64,000 nt of DNA from Candidatus Komeilibacteria bacterium (GCA_018656065.1 JABHZY010000024.1:288970-352969); one strand, 5' to 3'; shown: positions 6,237 to 18,621, counted from the stretch's first letter. Numbers and translations: made by a program. Notes: generated by a model not told the origin, from the letters alone.

Positions 6237-8201
6237 TTAAATTTCCTCTAACTCTTGACTAGGAGTATGAACACAATAAGATGTGTCTAGGCCAGGATTA
6301 TGACATACGTCTATAGTTGTCGAAAATCTATCCTCACAATTTGCATCGTTATAACATCGCACACAATCTCCTTTAGCGCACGGTGCACATTCTCCATTTT
6401 CATCCAAATAATCTGTAGCCGTGTCACAACATCTGGTTTCACCAAAGGTGATATTAGTTATAGGATATTCTCCTGGATCATCACCACAACATTCATATTG
6501 ATCAGAATTATATTCACCCACCATTGGACCATAATGCCAACCAATGCGACCAAAGTCTCCTGGAAGAGCCCATTTATTATTCTTAGCTACAAGATGCCAA
6601 CCTTGGTGTAATCTATTACAATAATTAAAACTTTCACAAGCAAGTTCACTAGAATCACAATCATGCCACATTGCTAAAGTTGTGGCAGATGACGCCTCGC
6701 AATAAGTATCGTCAACCTTGGCATGTATTTCATTAGCTTCATTTGGCAGATGCGAATTAAAACATGAACCTTGATACACGCAATCATTATCACTCCCCAC
6801 GCAACATTCTTCATGGCCCAAGGTCATAATAACATCCTCAGAAACAGATAAATCCGTTTCTTTAAAATTAGCCACCACCTCATTATCTTCACATGTCAAT
6901 CCATAATCTATCCCTATAGGGGCCATTGCCTGCCATAAATTACATTCCTCAAAACCTAACTTAAAATATCCATCATCTCCAGGGTTTGGCCAATCGGTAC
7001 CCCAACTATTTTTAACTATCCAATACTCTTCAATATCATTATAACCAACTATTACTACTACGTGATTTGTGCTGTATCCATTTTCATTATCACATCTATA
7101 TATCTCATTTTCATCAAAATACCCAGCAGCTTCCTTCATTTGTATTGAAACAATAAGAGGTCCAGCGCTAAGAAGCTTCTCCTTTGTAGAGTAAATTGGA
7201 TTTAACGAAGGGAAAGGTAGCGCCCATTGGTATTCTTCTATTTTAATGCTAGCTAAATCACTACATTTATCAGAACAATACATAGGTTCTAAACCACATT
7301 CATAATAATCACAACCTCTATCATCTATAGCATTATAAGGGAAGCACTTTTCATCTTTTATACCTAAATTTTTTATATAATCTAATGCATCATATTGTGA
7401 TCCCCCATTACAATCATTGCCTCCATTACACGAAACCAATTCTTGCTCTGCTAAATCTGGATCAAAATCAGGATCATTACTAGCGATATTAAAAGCTGCT
7501 TCTGTTGCACCAACGGTCGCAAAAGCCCAACAAGATCCACAAGTACCCTGGTCTTTAACAGACGTCATCCAATCATCCCCATCAACATCTCTCCAATCAA
7601 AATAACTAGGATGATCTAATGTGATTAACTCATCGTTAGATTCTGCTGCATTATTAATTTGTTCTAAATCTTCTCTAGATATAACTTGCTCACCAATAAT
7701 TGATTTTTCAATTGTTTTGCTTAGATTAGTTACAGAACCTAATTCTTTACCTTTATCTGTAACACAAACAGCATATTCTGATGTCAGTGCATTTTGTCCA
7801 TCTTTTTTAACAATTTGATCATAACCTTGCTTAGCACAATATGAATATTCTGTTCCACATTTTCCTTGTAAAAATTCCCATCCTTCGCATGAATTATCAT
7901 TAGAAAATATACATTCACCATGCTGTCCATTTTCATCATTAATTATTTTATACTCATAACCTAATTCATTGCAATATACAGCTGCTGGATTAGCCATGCC
8001 AATCCCACCCTCTTCCGTAATCACCTTCTCTGTTTTAACTACTTTGGCTTTTTTTATATTAAGTCTGTTTAAATCATTCGGCCGAACAGAGAAGGCTGCA
8101 AAATTCAAACCTAAAGAAAATGAAACTCCTATTAAGGTGCTAAGGGCGATCTTTTGTCCTAATTTTAATTTAATTTTTGCCTTAGTTTTTAATTTTTTCA
8201 T
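6237..8201 (-). CDS. secreted papain-family (C1) cysteine protease with N-terminal DUF333-like Cys modules and a Cys-rich C-terminal domain
   Basis: 654 aa with a signal/anchor sequence (KIALSTLIGVSFSLGLNFAAF). It has MANPAAVYCNELGY..GECIF..CEGWEFLQGKCG modules. Its catalytic motifs are QGTCGSCWAFATVGATE, NHVVVIVGY and WIVKNSWGTDW. The last ~220 aa hold many Cys. Confidence 0.85.
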   Translation of the reverse strand: MKKLKTKAKIKLKLGQKIALSTLIGVSFSLGLNFAAFSVRPNDLNRLNIKKAKVVKTEKVITEEGGIGMANPAAVYCNELGYEYKIINDENGQHGECIFSNDNSCEGWEFLQGKCGTEYSYCAKQGYDQIVKKDGQNALTSEYAVCVTDKGKELGSVTNLSKTIEKSIIGEQVISREDLEQINNAAESNDELITLDHPSYFDWRDVDGDDWMTSVKDQGTCGSCWAFATVGATEAAFNIASNDPDFDPDLAEQELVSCNGGNDCNGGSQYDALDYIKNLGIKDEKCFPYNAIDDRGCDYYECGLEPMYCSDKCSDLASIKIEEYQWALPFPSLNPIYSTKEKLLSAGPLIVSIQMKEAAGYFDENEIYRCDNENGYSTNHVVVIVGYNDIEEYWIVKNSWGTDWPNPGDDGYFKLGFEECNLWQAMAPIGIDYGLTCEDNEVVANFKETDLSVSEDVIMTLGHEECCVGSDNDCVYQGSCFNSHLPNEANEIHAKVDDTYCEASSATTLAMWHDCDSSELACESFNYCNRLHQGWHLVAKNNKWALPGDFGRIGWHYGPMVGEYNSDQYECCGDDPGEYPITNITFGETRCCDTATDYLDENGECAPCAKGDCVRCYNDANCEDRFSTTIDVCHNPGLDTSYCVHTPSQELEEI

Positions 8202-8289
8202 AATAAGCTCTAATTAGTCTTATGAATAAATTATAGCATATTGATAAATATTTCTGTACCTGCTATTCTAAAATAGTATAATTTAGCCA

Positions 8290-9096
8290 ATGTTTCACAA
8301 AAAATATTCAGTAAACATCGCCGAAGTCATTTGCCTAGCACTACTATCTAGTGCTGGTATTATTTTAATTGGTCTGCAAATAAAATTTGTAGGCTGGTTA
8401 ATGTTAATTTTGGGACTTATTAGTTTATATTATTGCCGCAAAAAATTCGCCAAAGAAGTGTTATTAGTTTATATATCTTTAGCTTTATTAGCTATTACTC
8501 AAATTACTACCGATATCAGCTATGTTCACATGTTTGAAATGGGAGTTACATTGATATTAGCAGTTAGTATCCCCTATTTTGCTTCTCGTTATATTTATAA
8601 AGACCACCTAGTTCGCTTTATTTTTCATCATGGACGCAATTGGTGTCGCAAAGAAATATTATATATTTTAGTCACTGCTATTATCTCTTATTTTTTATTA
8701 CCTTTTTATCTAAAAAATACTGGTGCTTATCTCAATTGGAGCGTGGAGCCAGGATTTGATAATATTTTTCGTTTATTTATTGGCACTAACGCCTTGGGAA
8801 TCTGGGATGAATTATTTTTTGTCAGTACAGTTTTGGGTATTCTTCGTCGTTTTTTACCATTCTCTTGGGCTAATTTAATCCAAAGCATCCTATTTACTTC
8901 ATTTTTATATGAACTAGGCTTTACTGGCTGGGGCTTTATTATGATTTTTATATTTGCCTTAATTCAAGGCATTGTATTTAAGAAAACCGAGTCGTTACTC
9001 TATGTAATTACCATTCATCTGACATTAGACTTTATTTTATTTTTAGCGCTGATTGAAGCGCACCATCCAGATTGGATGCCAATATTTATAACTTAA
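8290..9096 (+). CDS. polytopic membrane protein, CPBP/Abi-like with degenerate motifs (tentative)
   Basis: 268 aa with ~7 hydrophobic helices. WDELFFVS and IHLTLDF only loosely resemble the CPBP EExxxR and HxxxN/D motifs. Confidence 0.35.
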   Translation: MFHKKYSVNIAEVICLALLSSAGIILIGLQIKFVGWLMLILGLISLYYCRKKFAKEVLLVYISLALLAITQITTDISYVHMFEMGVTLILAVSIPYFASRYIYKDHLVRFIFHHGRNWCRKEILYILVTAIISYFLLPFYLKNTGAYLNWSVEPGFDNIFRLFIGTNALGIWDELFFVSTVLGILRRFLPFSWANLIQSILFTSFLYELGFTGWGFIMIFIFALIQGIVFKKTESLLYVITIHLTLDFILFLALIEAHHPDWMPIFIT

Positions 9097-9100
9097 ACTT

Positions 9101-9128
9101 AAAACCGCCCGTGAAGGCGGTTTTTTTA
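9101..9128. terminator. bidirectional intrinsic terminator between convergent genes
   Basis: AAAACCGCC-CGTGAA-GGCGGTTTTTTTT. Confidence 0.75.
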
Positions 9129-9129
9129 T

Positions 9130-9690
9130 TTACATAAAATTTTTATTGCCAGCTTTCATTTCCTTATTTACTAAGGAAATTCTTTTTTTTCTAGTTAATA
9201 CTAGTTTAGCTCTAAGAATCCAACGATAGATCATTTTCTTTTTCGAAGGGATTATAGAATCAAAAGTTTGTTTAGCTTGTTTATTTTGTTCTAAAATTTC
9301 TTTCAGCTCTTTTGGCATTCTGGGATTTTTAGGGATACCATGATCATGAGTTGGTTTTTGTTTTCCTAGCTCATAATACTTCATACCATTAGGCATCATC
9401 AACCCACTTTTTATAAGTTGCTCAGCATAGCTTATAGTATTATTAGACCAACGACTGTTCTGATTTCTAGCACAAAAATTTCTAATATAGCGATCATCAT
9501 CAAGTCTTTTGACAACAGTGTCTATCCAACCAAAACAGATAGCTTCTTCCATAAGTTCTCTGTGAGTGGGAGCAAGTTTGCCAGTATGTCGCTTATAAAG
9601 TACGACCGAAATGTTTTTTTCTTTGTGATGATTTTTTTTCAACCAACGGCGGAAATCAGCACGATTGTGGATAGTTATGTTTCTAGGCAT
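9130..9690 (-). CDS. YdeI/OmpD-associated family protein
   Basis: 186 aa. FRRWLKKNH..VVLYKRHTGK..EEAICFGWIDTVVKRLDDDRYIRNFCARNQNSRWSNNT is typical of this family. Confidence 0.7.
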   Translation of the reverse strand: MPRNITIHNRADFRRWLKKNHHKEKNISVVLYKRHTGKLAPTHRELMEEAICFGWIDTVVKRLDDDRYIRNFCARNQNSRWSNNTISYAEQLIKSGLMMPNGMKYYELGKQKPTHDHGIPKNPRMPKELKEILEQNKQAKQTFDSIIPSKKKMIYRWILRAKLVLTRKKRISLVNKEMKAGNKNFM

Positions 9691-9729
9691 AAAAGGAATA
9701 TGGATTATGGACTTTAGATTTTTATATTC

Positions 9730-10023
9730 TTATATATTATTGAAAGCAGTCACTCCTCCTATTAATAATACTGTAACTACTATATTCAGAATTAACACAG
9801 CTACATAATTTTTTGTCTTATAAAGTAATCCATATAAAATATTAAACAATAGCAGTATAGAAGGCATTACAAGAAACATGAATGCTACTATGTATGATTC
9901 TCCTATTATGCTGCCTAGCCCGTATCCTGTATCAGGAAATCTATCTATTATATACATTACTACAACCCAAACAATATTAAATACTCCCCAGGATATTTTT
10001 GCAGCTTTTTTTGTAAATCTCAT
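9730..10023 (-). CDS. small 3-TM membrane protein, unknown function
   Basis: 97-aa ORF, hydrophobic throughout. Confidence 0.4.
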   Translation of the reverse strand: MRFTKKAAKISWGVFNIVWVVVMYIIDRFPDTGYGLGSIIGESYIVAFMFLVMPSILLLFNILYGLLYKTKNYVAVLILNIVVTVLLIGGVTAFNNI

Positions 10024-10035
10024 AAAATTATTATA

Positions 10036-10062
10036 TCAAAAAATCGCCTTTTGGGCGATAAA
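10036..10062 (-). terminator. intrinsic terminator downstream of tRNA-Asp
   Basis: ATCGCC-TTTTG-GGCGAT (10043-10059). On the minus strand it is followed by a U-run (plus-strand A-run 10038-10042). Confidence 0.7.
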
Positions 10063-10066
10063 AAAA

Positions 10067-10175
10067 AATTCGAATAATTGTGGCGGGATCGAAGGGACTC
10101 GAACCCTCGACCTCCTGCGTGACAGGCAGGCGTTCTAACCAACTGAACTACGACCCCATCACAATTATTCGAATT
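10067..10175. repeat. perfect 14-bp inverted repeat bracketing tRNA-Asp
   Basis: AATTCGAATAATTG (10067-10080) abuts the CCA end. CAATTATTCGAATT (10162-10175) lies 4 nt from the tRNA 5' end. Confidence 0.9.
10081..10157 (-). tRNA. tRNA-Asp (GTC), CCA encoded
   Basis: The reverse complement GGGGTCGTAGTTCAGTTGGTTAGAACGCCTGCCTGTCACGCAGGAGGTCGAGGGTTCGAGTCCCTTCGATCCCGCCA folds as a cloverleaf. The anticodon loop is CTGTCAC. Confidence 0.95.
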
Positions 10176-10230
10176 ACGTCTTCCCTAAAACAAAAATATA
10201 ATACACTATTTCTAGGTTTTTGGCAAGTCT

Positions 10231-11766
10231 CTAAAGATTTAACCAATTATAAATAATGAAAATCAAAATACTGATGATATAAGTAATAAAGACTGGTTTT
10301 TCTTTATAATTTGGACGAGTGATAAAATAAAACTGCAAAGCTCCGGCTAAAGTAAATATGACAAAAAGATAAGTACTCTTAAGTAATAAATATGATAAAA
10401 GATAAGCTAAAAACATAAAAATAGCTATTAACCGCTTACTATTTTTTAAACCTAAAATAGTAGGTAAAGTTTTAATACCATGAGCTTTATCTCCTTCATA
10501 ATCTTTGATATCTATAAAATTAATAACAGCTGTAAAACCTAATAATACAAAAATAGCCACTGCACTCGGAATAGCAATCTCACCACTATTATGCACAAAC
10601 CCCATCATTATCATGGTCAATGAATTGACAGCAATAATAAACTTAGACAAAATGGGCACAGTCTTTAACCTAAAAGGTGGCATAGAATAAATAAAATAAA
10701 ATGCCATAAAAGAAAATATCATCATAAAAGGTACAAAGTGTACAGCTAATGAATAAATACAGGCTAATAGAAAAAATATCACGGCCATAATACGATAATG
10801 GCCCATAGGTATTTTATTAGAGGTCAATGGTCTTTCTGGGCTATTTATTTTGTCCAAATTATAGTCAGTGATATTATTGGTAATAACAGAAAATATCCAA
10901 GCGCAAGCTATAGCTATGACCAAAAATATCCAATAAAATAAAAATTCTTGATTAAAAAACGATTCCTTATTTGGAAAATAAATAAGCGCTAATAAAGCTC
11001 CTACAAAAAACATTAATTCAAAATGAATCAACCTAAATATTCTAATATCTTTGAATATAGCAATAAAATATTTTTTACTATACAAATAAAATAAAACTAA
11101 AGCTAATATAAAAGCTACTAACAAAAAGAAATTGGTTATGATTTTTTCAGAATATTCATAACTTAAGCCAAATATTTTCAAAAACCAATTAATAAAATAT
11201 GGTGCCGCAAAATAAACAAAAATCGTAGCATAAGATATAAGAGTGGTAATAATCGCCCTAAACCAAGATCTCTTTTTTATAAATACATATAAAAAAATAG
11301 CTATAAATAATATCAGCATCTCAAAATGAATACCTGGAGTCACTCCTGCCCCGTCTTTATATGGTCCAAAGAATGTAAAAAATCTTTGCCAAAGACTACC
11401 AGCATAAGGAGGTTCAAGATAGCCAATATAATATTCTTCTATATAATAATTACGTTCGCTAATCAAATAATCAAATATAGGCGCCAAAAATATAAATATA
11501 AAACCACTCAGTATTACTCGGGAGATCTTTTTTATCTTTGAACCAATTGCAAAATGCATAATGATAATCAAAGCCAGGGCTAGAGCAATATAAAAAACTA
11601 TATAATGCCAATGAAAAACAAATATAATTGGACTATTGTAGATAAACATTTCCCAAAAATTTCTAATAGAAATCACAAAAAGAAAAAACATAAGATAATA
11701 GACAATAGACACCTTTGTATTTTCCAAATGTTTTATTAATTTTCCGAAATTATGCATTAGATTCAT
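10231..11766 (-). CDS. UbiA-family prenyltransferase domain (C-terminal half) fused to a ~290-aa polytopic N-terminal extension
   Basis: 511 aa. It carries the Asp-rich motifs NNITDYNLDKINSPERPL and DIKDYEGDKAHGIKTLP. The first ~290 aa are hydrophobic and have no motif I recognise. Confidence 0.7.
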   Translation of the reverse strand: MNLMHNFGKLIKHLENTKVSIVYYLMFFLFVISIRNFWEMFIYNSPIIFVFHWHYIVFYIALALALIIIMHFAIGSKIKKISRVILSGFIFIFLAPIFDYLISERNYYIEEYYIGYLEPPYAGSLWQRFFTFFGPYKDGAGVTPGIHFEMLILFIAIFLYVFIKKRSWFRAIITTLISYATIFVYFAAPYFINWFLKIFGLSYEYSEKIITNFFLLVAFILALVLFYLYSKKYFIAIFKDIRIFRLIHFELMFFVGALLALIYFPNKESFFNQEFLFYWIFLVIAIACAWIFSVITNNITDYNLDKINSPERPLTSNKIPMGHYRIMAVIFFLLACIYSLAVHFVPFMMIFSFMAFYFIYSMPPFRLKTVPILSKFIIAVNSLTMIMMGFVHNSGEIAIPSAVAIFVLLGFTAVINFIDIKDYEGDKAHGIKTLPTILGLKNSKRLIAIFMFLAYLLSYLLLKSTYLFVIFTLAGALQFYFITRPNYKEKPVFITYIISILIFIIYNWLNL

Positions 11767-12559
11767 AACCTTTTTTTAATTTATAGATATAATATATAGT
11801 AAAACATGAAGCTAAAATAAGCAACGCACTTATCAATTGTGGCAAACGAAGCCCAGCTAATATTAAAGTATCATCAATACGAACAAATTCCATAAAAAAT
11901 CTAATCAAACCATAACCAATAAAATAAGTTAACGTTAAAACTCCAATTTTTAATTTAAATTTTTTAGAAATTGTATATAAAACAATAAATAAAATAATAT
12001 TTAAAATAGATTCGTAGAAAAATGTAGGGTGGAAATAAATAAAATTTCTATAGCCCTCTACCCTATTAGCAAAAGCTATTGGAATTCCCCACCAAGCATT
12101 GGTCGGACCACCAAAAAGTTCTTGATTAAAATAATTACCCCATCTACCTATAGCTTGTCCTAATGGTAATGCTAAAACTATACCATCTGTTAATTTCCAA
12201 AAATTTATCTTATTACGATGAGCCCAAAAAACAACTGTCAAAAATCCAAAAAGCAAAGCTCCTTGAATGGACAGGCCTCCGTGCCAGACTTTAAATACAT
12301 CTATTGGATTTTGTAAATAATAACTAAAATTGAAAAATACGACATGACCAAAACGTGCACCAATCAAACTAATAATTATTAGATAAAAAACTAAATCCTC
12401 AAATTGAGATGCTTTAATAATAGACTTTTTTAAAAAATACTGTCTAGCTACTAAGGTTGCAATAATAATTGCCAATACCAAAATTAGCCCATACCAATGG
12501 ATGGTCAATGGGCCAATAGTCAAAAAAACTGCTTCTGGCAAATATTCATGCCAAAACAT
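11750..12559 (-). CDS. lgt: prolipoprotein diacylglyceryl transferase
   Basis: 269 aa. IHWYGLILVLAI, GARFGHVVF, VWHGGLSIQGALLFG and GQAIGRWGNYFNQELFGGPT match Lgt. Confidence 0.9.
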   Translation of the reverse strand: MFWHEYLPEAVFLTIGPLTIHWYGLILVLAIIIATLVARQYFLKKSIIKASQFEDLVFYLIIISLIGARFGHVVFFNFSYYLQNPIDVFKVWHGGLSIQGALLFGFLTVVFWAHRNKINFWKLTDGIVLALPLGQAIGRWGNYFNQELFGGPTNAWWGIPIAFANRVEGYRNFIYFHPTFFYESILNIILFIVLYTISKKFKLKIGVLTLTYFIGYGLIRFFMEFVRIDDTLILAGLRLPQLISALLILASCFTIYYIYKLKKGYESNA

Positions 12560-12562
12560 AAT

Positions 12563-13333
12563 TTATAATTCTCCCTTCAAAATATAACCTATAATTTCTT
12601 CCCAATATTCATAAGAAAGTCCACCACCAATAACTTCACCATTTATAATATAAGTTGGTGTACCTGGAATATCAAGTTCTACACCACTAGCATAATCTTG
12701 CCTAATTTCACTGGCATATTTTTCATCATCAAGACAAGTATCAAATTGTGAAATATCTATTCCTAAATTTTTAGCAAGTAATTTCAAATTTTTTTTATCA
12801 AACTCTTGACCACTCTCAAATAATAAATCATGGTACTCCCAATAGACATCCTGCTCATTAGCGCAAGCTGCCGCTAGATGAGCATCAAATACTCCAGGAT
12901 GAATTCCCTCAGTTGGATAATCTCTAGTAGTAAAACGAATTAATGGCCCAAATGTTTCCATTACTCTTTTAAGTGTTTCTTGATCAGCCTGACAAAATGG
13001 ACAAGCAAATGATTCATAAGCTACTACATTGATAATCGGCTCATCTACACCTATCCATGGATCATCGTCAGTCATTATATCAGCAACTAGTTTTTGATTT
13101 TCTACAAATTGTTCTTGACTCAACCAAGTGTCTAGCTCTGCATTATAAATATCACCTTTTTTAGCATGATAATAACCAATACTAACCTGTGTGATAAAAT
13201 AGATAATTATAAATAATATAATAGCTATAAACATTAAAAATATTCTTCCTGACGCTCTTTTATACCACGGCTTATAATAACTTTTAGCCTTGGCGTCAGA
13301 TATCCTATCTTTTATCTTTCTTTTTACTCCCAT
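12563..13333 (-). CDS. membrane-anchored DsbA/thioredoxin-fold thiol:disulfide oxidoreductase
   Basis: 256 aa with an N-terminal TM segment. It has the CxxC active site FACPFCQ and a C-terminal GTPTYIINGE motif, typical of the DsbA family. Confidence 0.8.
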   Translation of the reverse strand: MGVKRKIKDRISDAKAKSYYKPWYKRASGRIFLMFIAIILFIIIYFITQVSIGYYHAKKGDIYNAELDTWLSQEQFVENQKLVADIMTDDDPWIGVDEPIINVVAYESFACPFCQADQETLKRVMETFGPLIRFTTRDYPTEGIHPGVFDAHLAAACANEQDVYWEYHDLLFESGQEFDKKNLKLLAKNLGIDISQFDTCLDDEKYASEIRQDYASGVELDIPGTPTYIINGEVIGGGLSYEYWEEIIGYILKGEL

Positions 13334-13337
13334 ATTT

Positions 13338-14774
13338 TTATTTTTTAAGTTTATTCTCTATATAATTACCTAATTTAAAAATATTAGCTTCTTGAAATTG
13401 ACCAGCTAATAATTGCATGCCAATTGGTAAATTATTACTATCTTTAGCAACTGGCAAAGATAGACCACAAATACCAGCGATATTAGCACCTACTGTAAAT
13501 ACATCTGCTAAATATAGGGATAGTGGATCATCAACTTTTTCACCTAAAGCAAAGGCTGTAGTAGGTGTAGTAGGTGTAATTAGAACATCTACCTCTTTAA
13601 ACACTTGCTCAAAATCATGTTTAATTAAAGTTCTAACTTGCTGCGCTTTTTTATAATAAGCATCATAATAACCGGCTGATAAAACAAAAGTCCCCAACAT
13701 AATTCGTCGTTTTACTTCAGCACCAAAACCCTGACTTCTGACAGTCTTATACCATTCATCTAAAGTTAAGCTCTTATCAGTACAAGCACCATACAAAATA
13801 CCATCATAACGAGCTAAATTAGAGCTAACTTCAGCTGGCACTATTAAGTAATAAGCAGCTAAACCATAATCAGTATGTGGCAAACTAACTTCTTTAATTT
13901 CAAAGCCTTCTTTAGTTAGTATAGCTATTTTTTCTTCTAAAGCTTGTTTAATTTCCTTATTTAAATTTTCATTAAAATACTCTTTAGGAATGCCAATGCG
14001 TAATTTTTTTACATCTTTATCTAAATCACCTACATAATCAGCTACTTTAGCTGTAGAACTAGTAGCATCTTGTTTATCAAAACCAGCCATGGCTTGTAAT
14101 ATATAAGCTGCGTCTTTAATTGTGTTAGTCAAAGGTCCAATCTGATCCAAAGAGGATGTCATGGCCATAGACCCATAACGAGACACTCTACCATAACTAG
14201 GTTTTAATCCAACTACACCACAAAAAGCCCCTGGTTGCCTATTAGAGCCTCCTGTATCTGTTCCTAAAGCAATCGGCGCTAGATTAGCGGCCACAGCAGC
14301 GGCTGAACCACCAGAAGAACCTCCTGGCACTTTAGTCTTGTCATGTGGATTTTTTACTGGCCCATAAGCTGAATGTTCAGTAGAAGTTCCCATGGCAAAT
14401 TCATCACAATTAGTTTTACCTAAAATAACCATTCCCGCTTCCCGAAGCTTAGCAACAGCTGTAGCAGTATAAGTAGCTTGATAATTTTCTAAAATTTTAG
14501 AACCTCCAGTAGCCCGTTGACCTTTTACTAAAATAATATCTTTAATAGCTATTGGAATTCCCGTCAATGACCCCGCTTCTTTACTTTTTATTTTCCGGTC
14601 AGCTTCCTTGGCCTCAATTAAAGCATTGTCATTTATACTAATAAAAGAATTAGTATCATCTTGTTTTATATTATCTAAATAAGCCTTAGTTAATTCTTCA
14701 CTAGAAAAATCTCCAGCTCTAAAGGCTTGTTGAATTTTATCAATATTTAATTTTTGTAAATCTATCTTTGACAT
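13338..14774 (-). CDS. gatA: Glu/Asp-tRNA amidotransferase subunit A
   Basis: 478 aa with the amidase signature GGSSGGSAAAVAA. The full-length pattern matches GatA. Confidence 0.95.
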   Translation of the reverse strand: MSKIDLQKLNIDKIQQAFRAGDFSSEELTKAYLDNIKQDDTNSFISINDNALIEAKEADRKIKSKEAGSLTGIPIAIKDIILVKGQRATGGSKILENYQATYTATAVAKLREAGMVILGKTNCDEFAMGTSTEHSAYGPVKNPHDKTKVPGGSSGGSAAAVAANLAPIALGTDTGGSNRQPGAFCGVVGLKPSYGRVSRYGSMAMTSSLDQIGPLTNTIKDAAYILQAMAGFDKQDATSSTAKVADYVGDLDKDVKKLRIGIPKEYFNENLNKEIKQALEEKIAILTKEGFEIKEVSLPHTDYGLAAYYLIVPAEVSSNLARYDGILYGACTDKSLTLDEWYKTVRSQGFGAEVKRRIMLGTFVLSAGYYDAYYKKAQQVRTLIKHDFEQVFKEVDVLITPTTPTTAFALGEKVDDPLSLYLADVFTVGANIAGICGLSLPVAKDSNNLPIGMQLLAGQFQEANIFKLGNYIENKLKK

Positions 14775-14776
14775 GA

Positions 14777-15064
14777 TTATTTATTAAAAACATTAGGAGC
14801 TGCTACATATTTTCCATCTTTTTGGCAAGCTTGAGAAATCGCTTCTGGATTACAATCCTCAACACTATCTGGACGAGGACCTACTTTACTATCTTCTGCC
14901 CCAGTTAGACCCTCCTTTATACTACTCAGATCTAATTTGTTAATTTTATCCACATAACCCAAAATATCCTTTAATTGCGCATTATAGGTTGTTATTTCTT
15001 CGTTATTTAGCTTCAATTTAGCTAAATCTGCTAAATGAAGCAATTGTTTTTTATCAAATTTCAT
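14777..15064 (-). CDS. gatC: Glu/Asp-tRNA amidotransferase subunit C
   Basis: 95 aa, LADLAKLKLNNEEI..ILGYVDKINKLD; it lies directly upstream of gatA. Confidence 0.9.
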   Translation of the reverse strand: MKFDKKQLLHLADLAKLKLNNEEITTYNAQLKDILGYVDKINKLDLSSIKEGLTGAEDSKVGPRPDSVEDCNPEAISQACQKDGKYVAAPNVFNK

Positions 15065-15109
15065 TAGTATATATTTTAACTAAAAAATACTTATTCTGCA
15101 ACAATTATA

Positions 15110-15694
15110 TTATTTTTTCCAATGATCAATCTTGAGTACTTTTAATGAAAACCAAATTAAAAATAATGTCTGGACAGTAAAAAATAATATATGCCAAAGC
15201 CACCAATAAGCTAAAATCCAAATATCATAATAAAATATAATTGGCAATAAAATCACAAAAGATAATAATATGCCTAAATAATAATCTCTGGGCGCTCCAG
15301 CCCACCATTTTTTATGCCACCAAATACGTTCTTTTTTAAACTTCTTCAAAGGATGATAAGGATTAAGAACAAACCATAAATAATCCCATAAAATTACAAA
15401 TATCAAAAATAAAGAAATGGTCATTGTCCAAGTTACAATATTTAAATCTTGCCCAAAAGCATATGGCATATGAAGGATTAATAATACAAAAGTAAACATT
15501 GTCATATGATAACCAGTTGGTTCTCGGTCGCTCATTAATTTTTTATAAGCTTTAATAAACCAATTCTCACCTTTAGGTCGCCAAGTTGGTAAATTCATAG
15601 CCCAACCATGTTTACCTTCTATTTGAATTTCTAAAATAGCTAAGACAACAGCTAAAACAAATAAGTAAATGTTGGAAATAATTATTGATTGCAT
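15110..15694 (-). CDS. Trp-rich polytopic membrane protein, unknown function
   Basis: 194 aa with ~5 TM helices (WWHKKWWAG, YWWLWHILFF). No recognisable family. Confidence 0.5.
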   Translation of the reverse strand: MQSIIISNIYLFVLAVVLAILEIQIEGKHGWAMNLPTWRPKGENWFIKAYKKLMSDREPTGYHMTMFTFVLLILHMPYAFGQDLNIVTWTMTISLFLIFVILWDYLWFVLNPYHPLKKFKKERIWWHKKWWAGAPRDYYLGILLSFVILLPIIFYYDIWILAYWWLWHILFFTVQTLFLIWFSLKVLKIDHWKK

Positions 15695-15695
15695 G

Positions 15696-18618
<2,923 letters not shown>

Positions 18619-18621
18619 GGA

